DNA of 63,998 bases, counting the filler, from Octopus bimaculoides (Eukaryota): NCBI RefSeq assembly GCF_001194135.2. It is 6 parts of 6 records of this genome, joined end to end, with 100 filler letters (N's around TTAATTAATTAA, not from the genome) between each part and the next. Parts side by side here need not be neighbours in the genome. Positions count along the whole stretch, not along the records: positions 62,457 to 63,998 come from NW_026420076.1; 5 more parts are not named here. One strand, 5' to 3'. The position numbers and the translations under genes were made by a program. Below are positions 63,960 through 63,998 of this stretch, piece by piece (the first letter of the stretch is position 1; the number at the start of each line of letters is the position of its first letter). The notes beneath the pieces were generated by a model that was not told the DNA's origin, did no database searches, and was given only the letters and a program-made list of their open reading frames with translations.

Positions 63960-63998
<39 letters not shown>
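62457..63998. repeat. TA/CA-rich low-complexity segment
   Basis: Dominated by (TA)n and degenerate TA/CA arrays; no coding signal. Confidence 0.9.

Overview
AT-rich, microsatellite-saturated animal DNA with many N gaps; the SINE/LINE repertoire points to an octopod cephalopod (Octopus-like; inferred, not database-checked). Five identical 44N+TTAATTAATTAA+44N spacers are artificial joins, so the window is six segments (1-28286, 28387-45567, 45668-56680, 56781-60571, 60672-62356, 62457-63998). Nearly all ORF-track entries are microsatellite or gap artefacts. Supportable content: three decayed mariner elements, a DD37D/maT-like element, a mariner-type MITE family, RTE, R4/Dong, Penelope and CR1-like retrotransposon 3' fragments, many tRNA-derived SINEs, one intact initiator tRNA-Met gene among anticodon-shifted paralogues and tRNA-Phe relics, and two phase-compatible candidate exons of an unidentified minus-strand gene. 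The best leads are a type I hammerhead ribozyme with loop-bulge complementarity at 13.15 kb, R4/Dong elements stacked in SINE (ATT)n tails at two loci, the tRNA-iMet paralogue cluster, and a 157-bp direct-plus-inverted repeat array. No complete protein-coding gene, rRNA or CRISPR array is supported.
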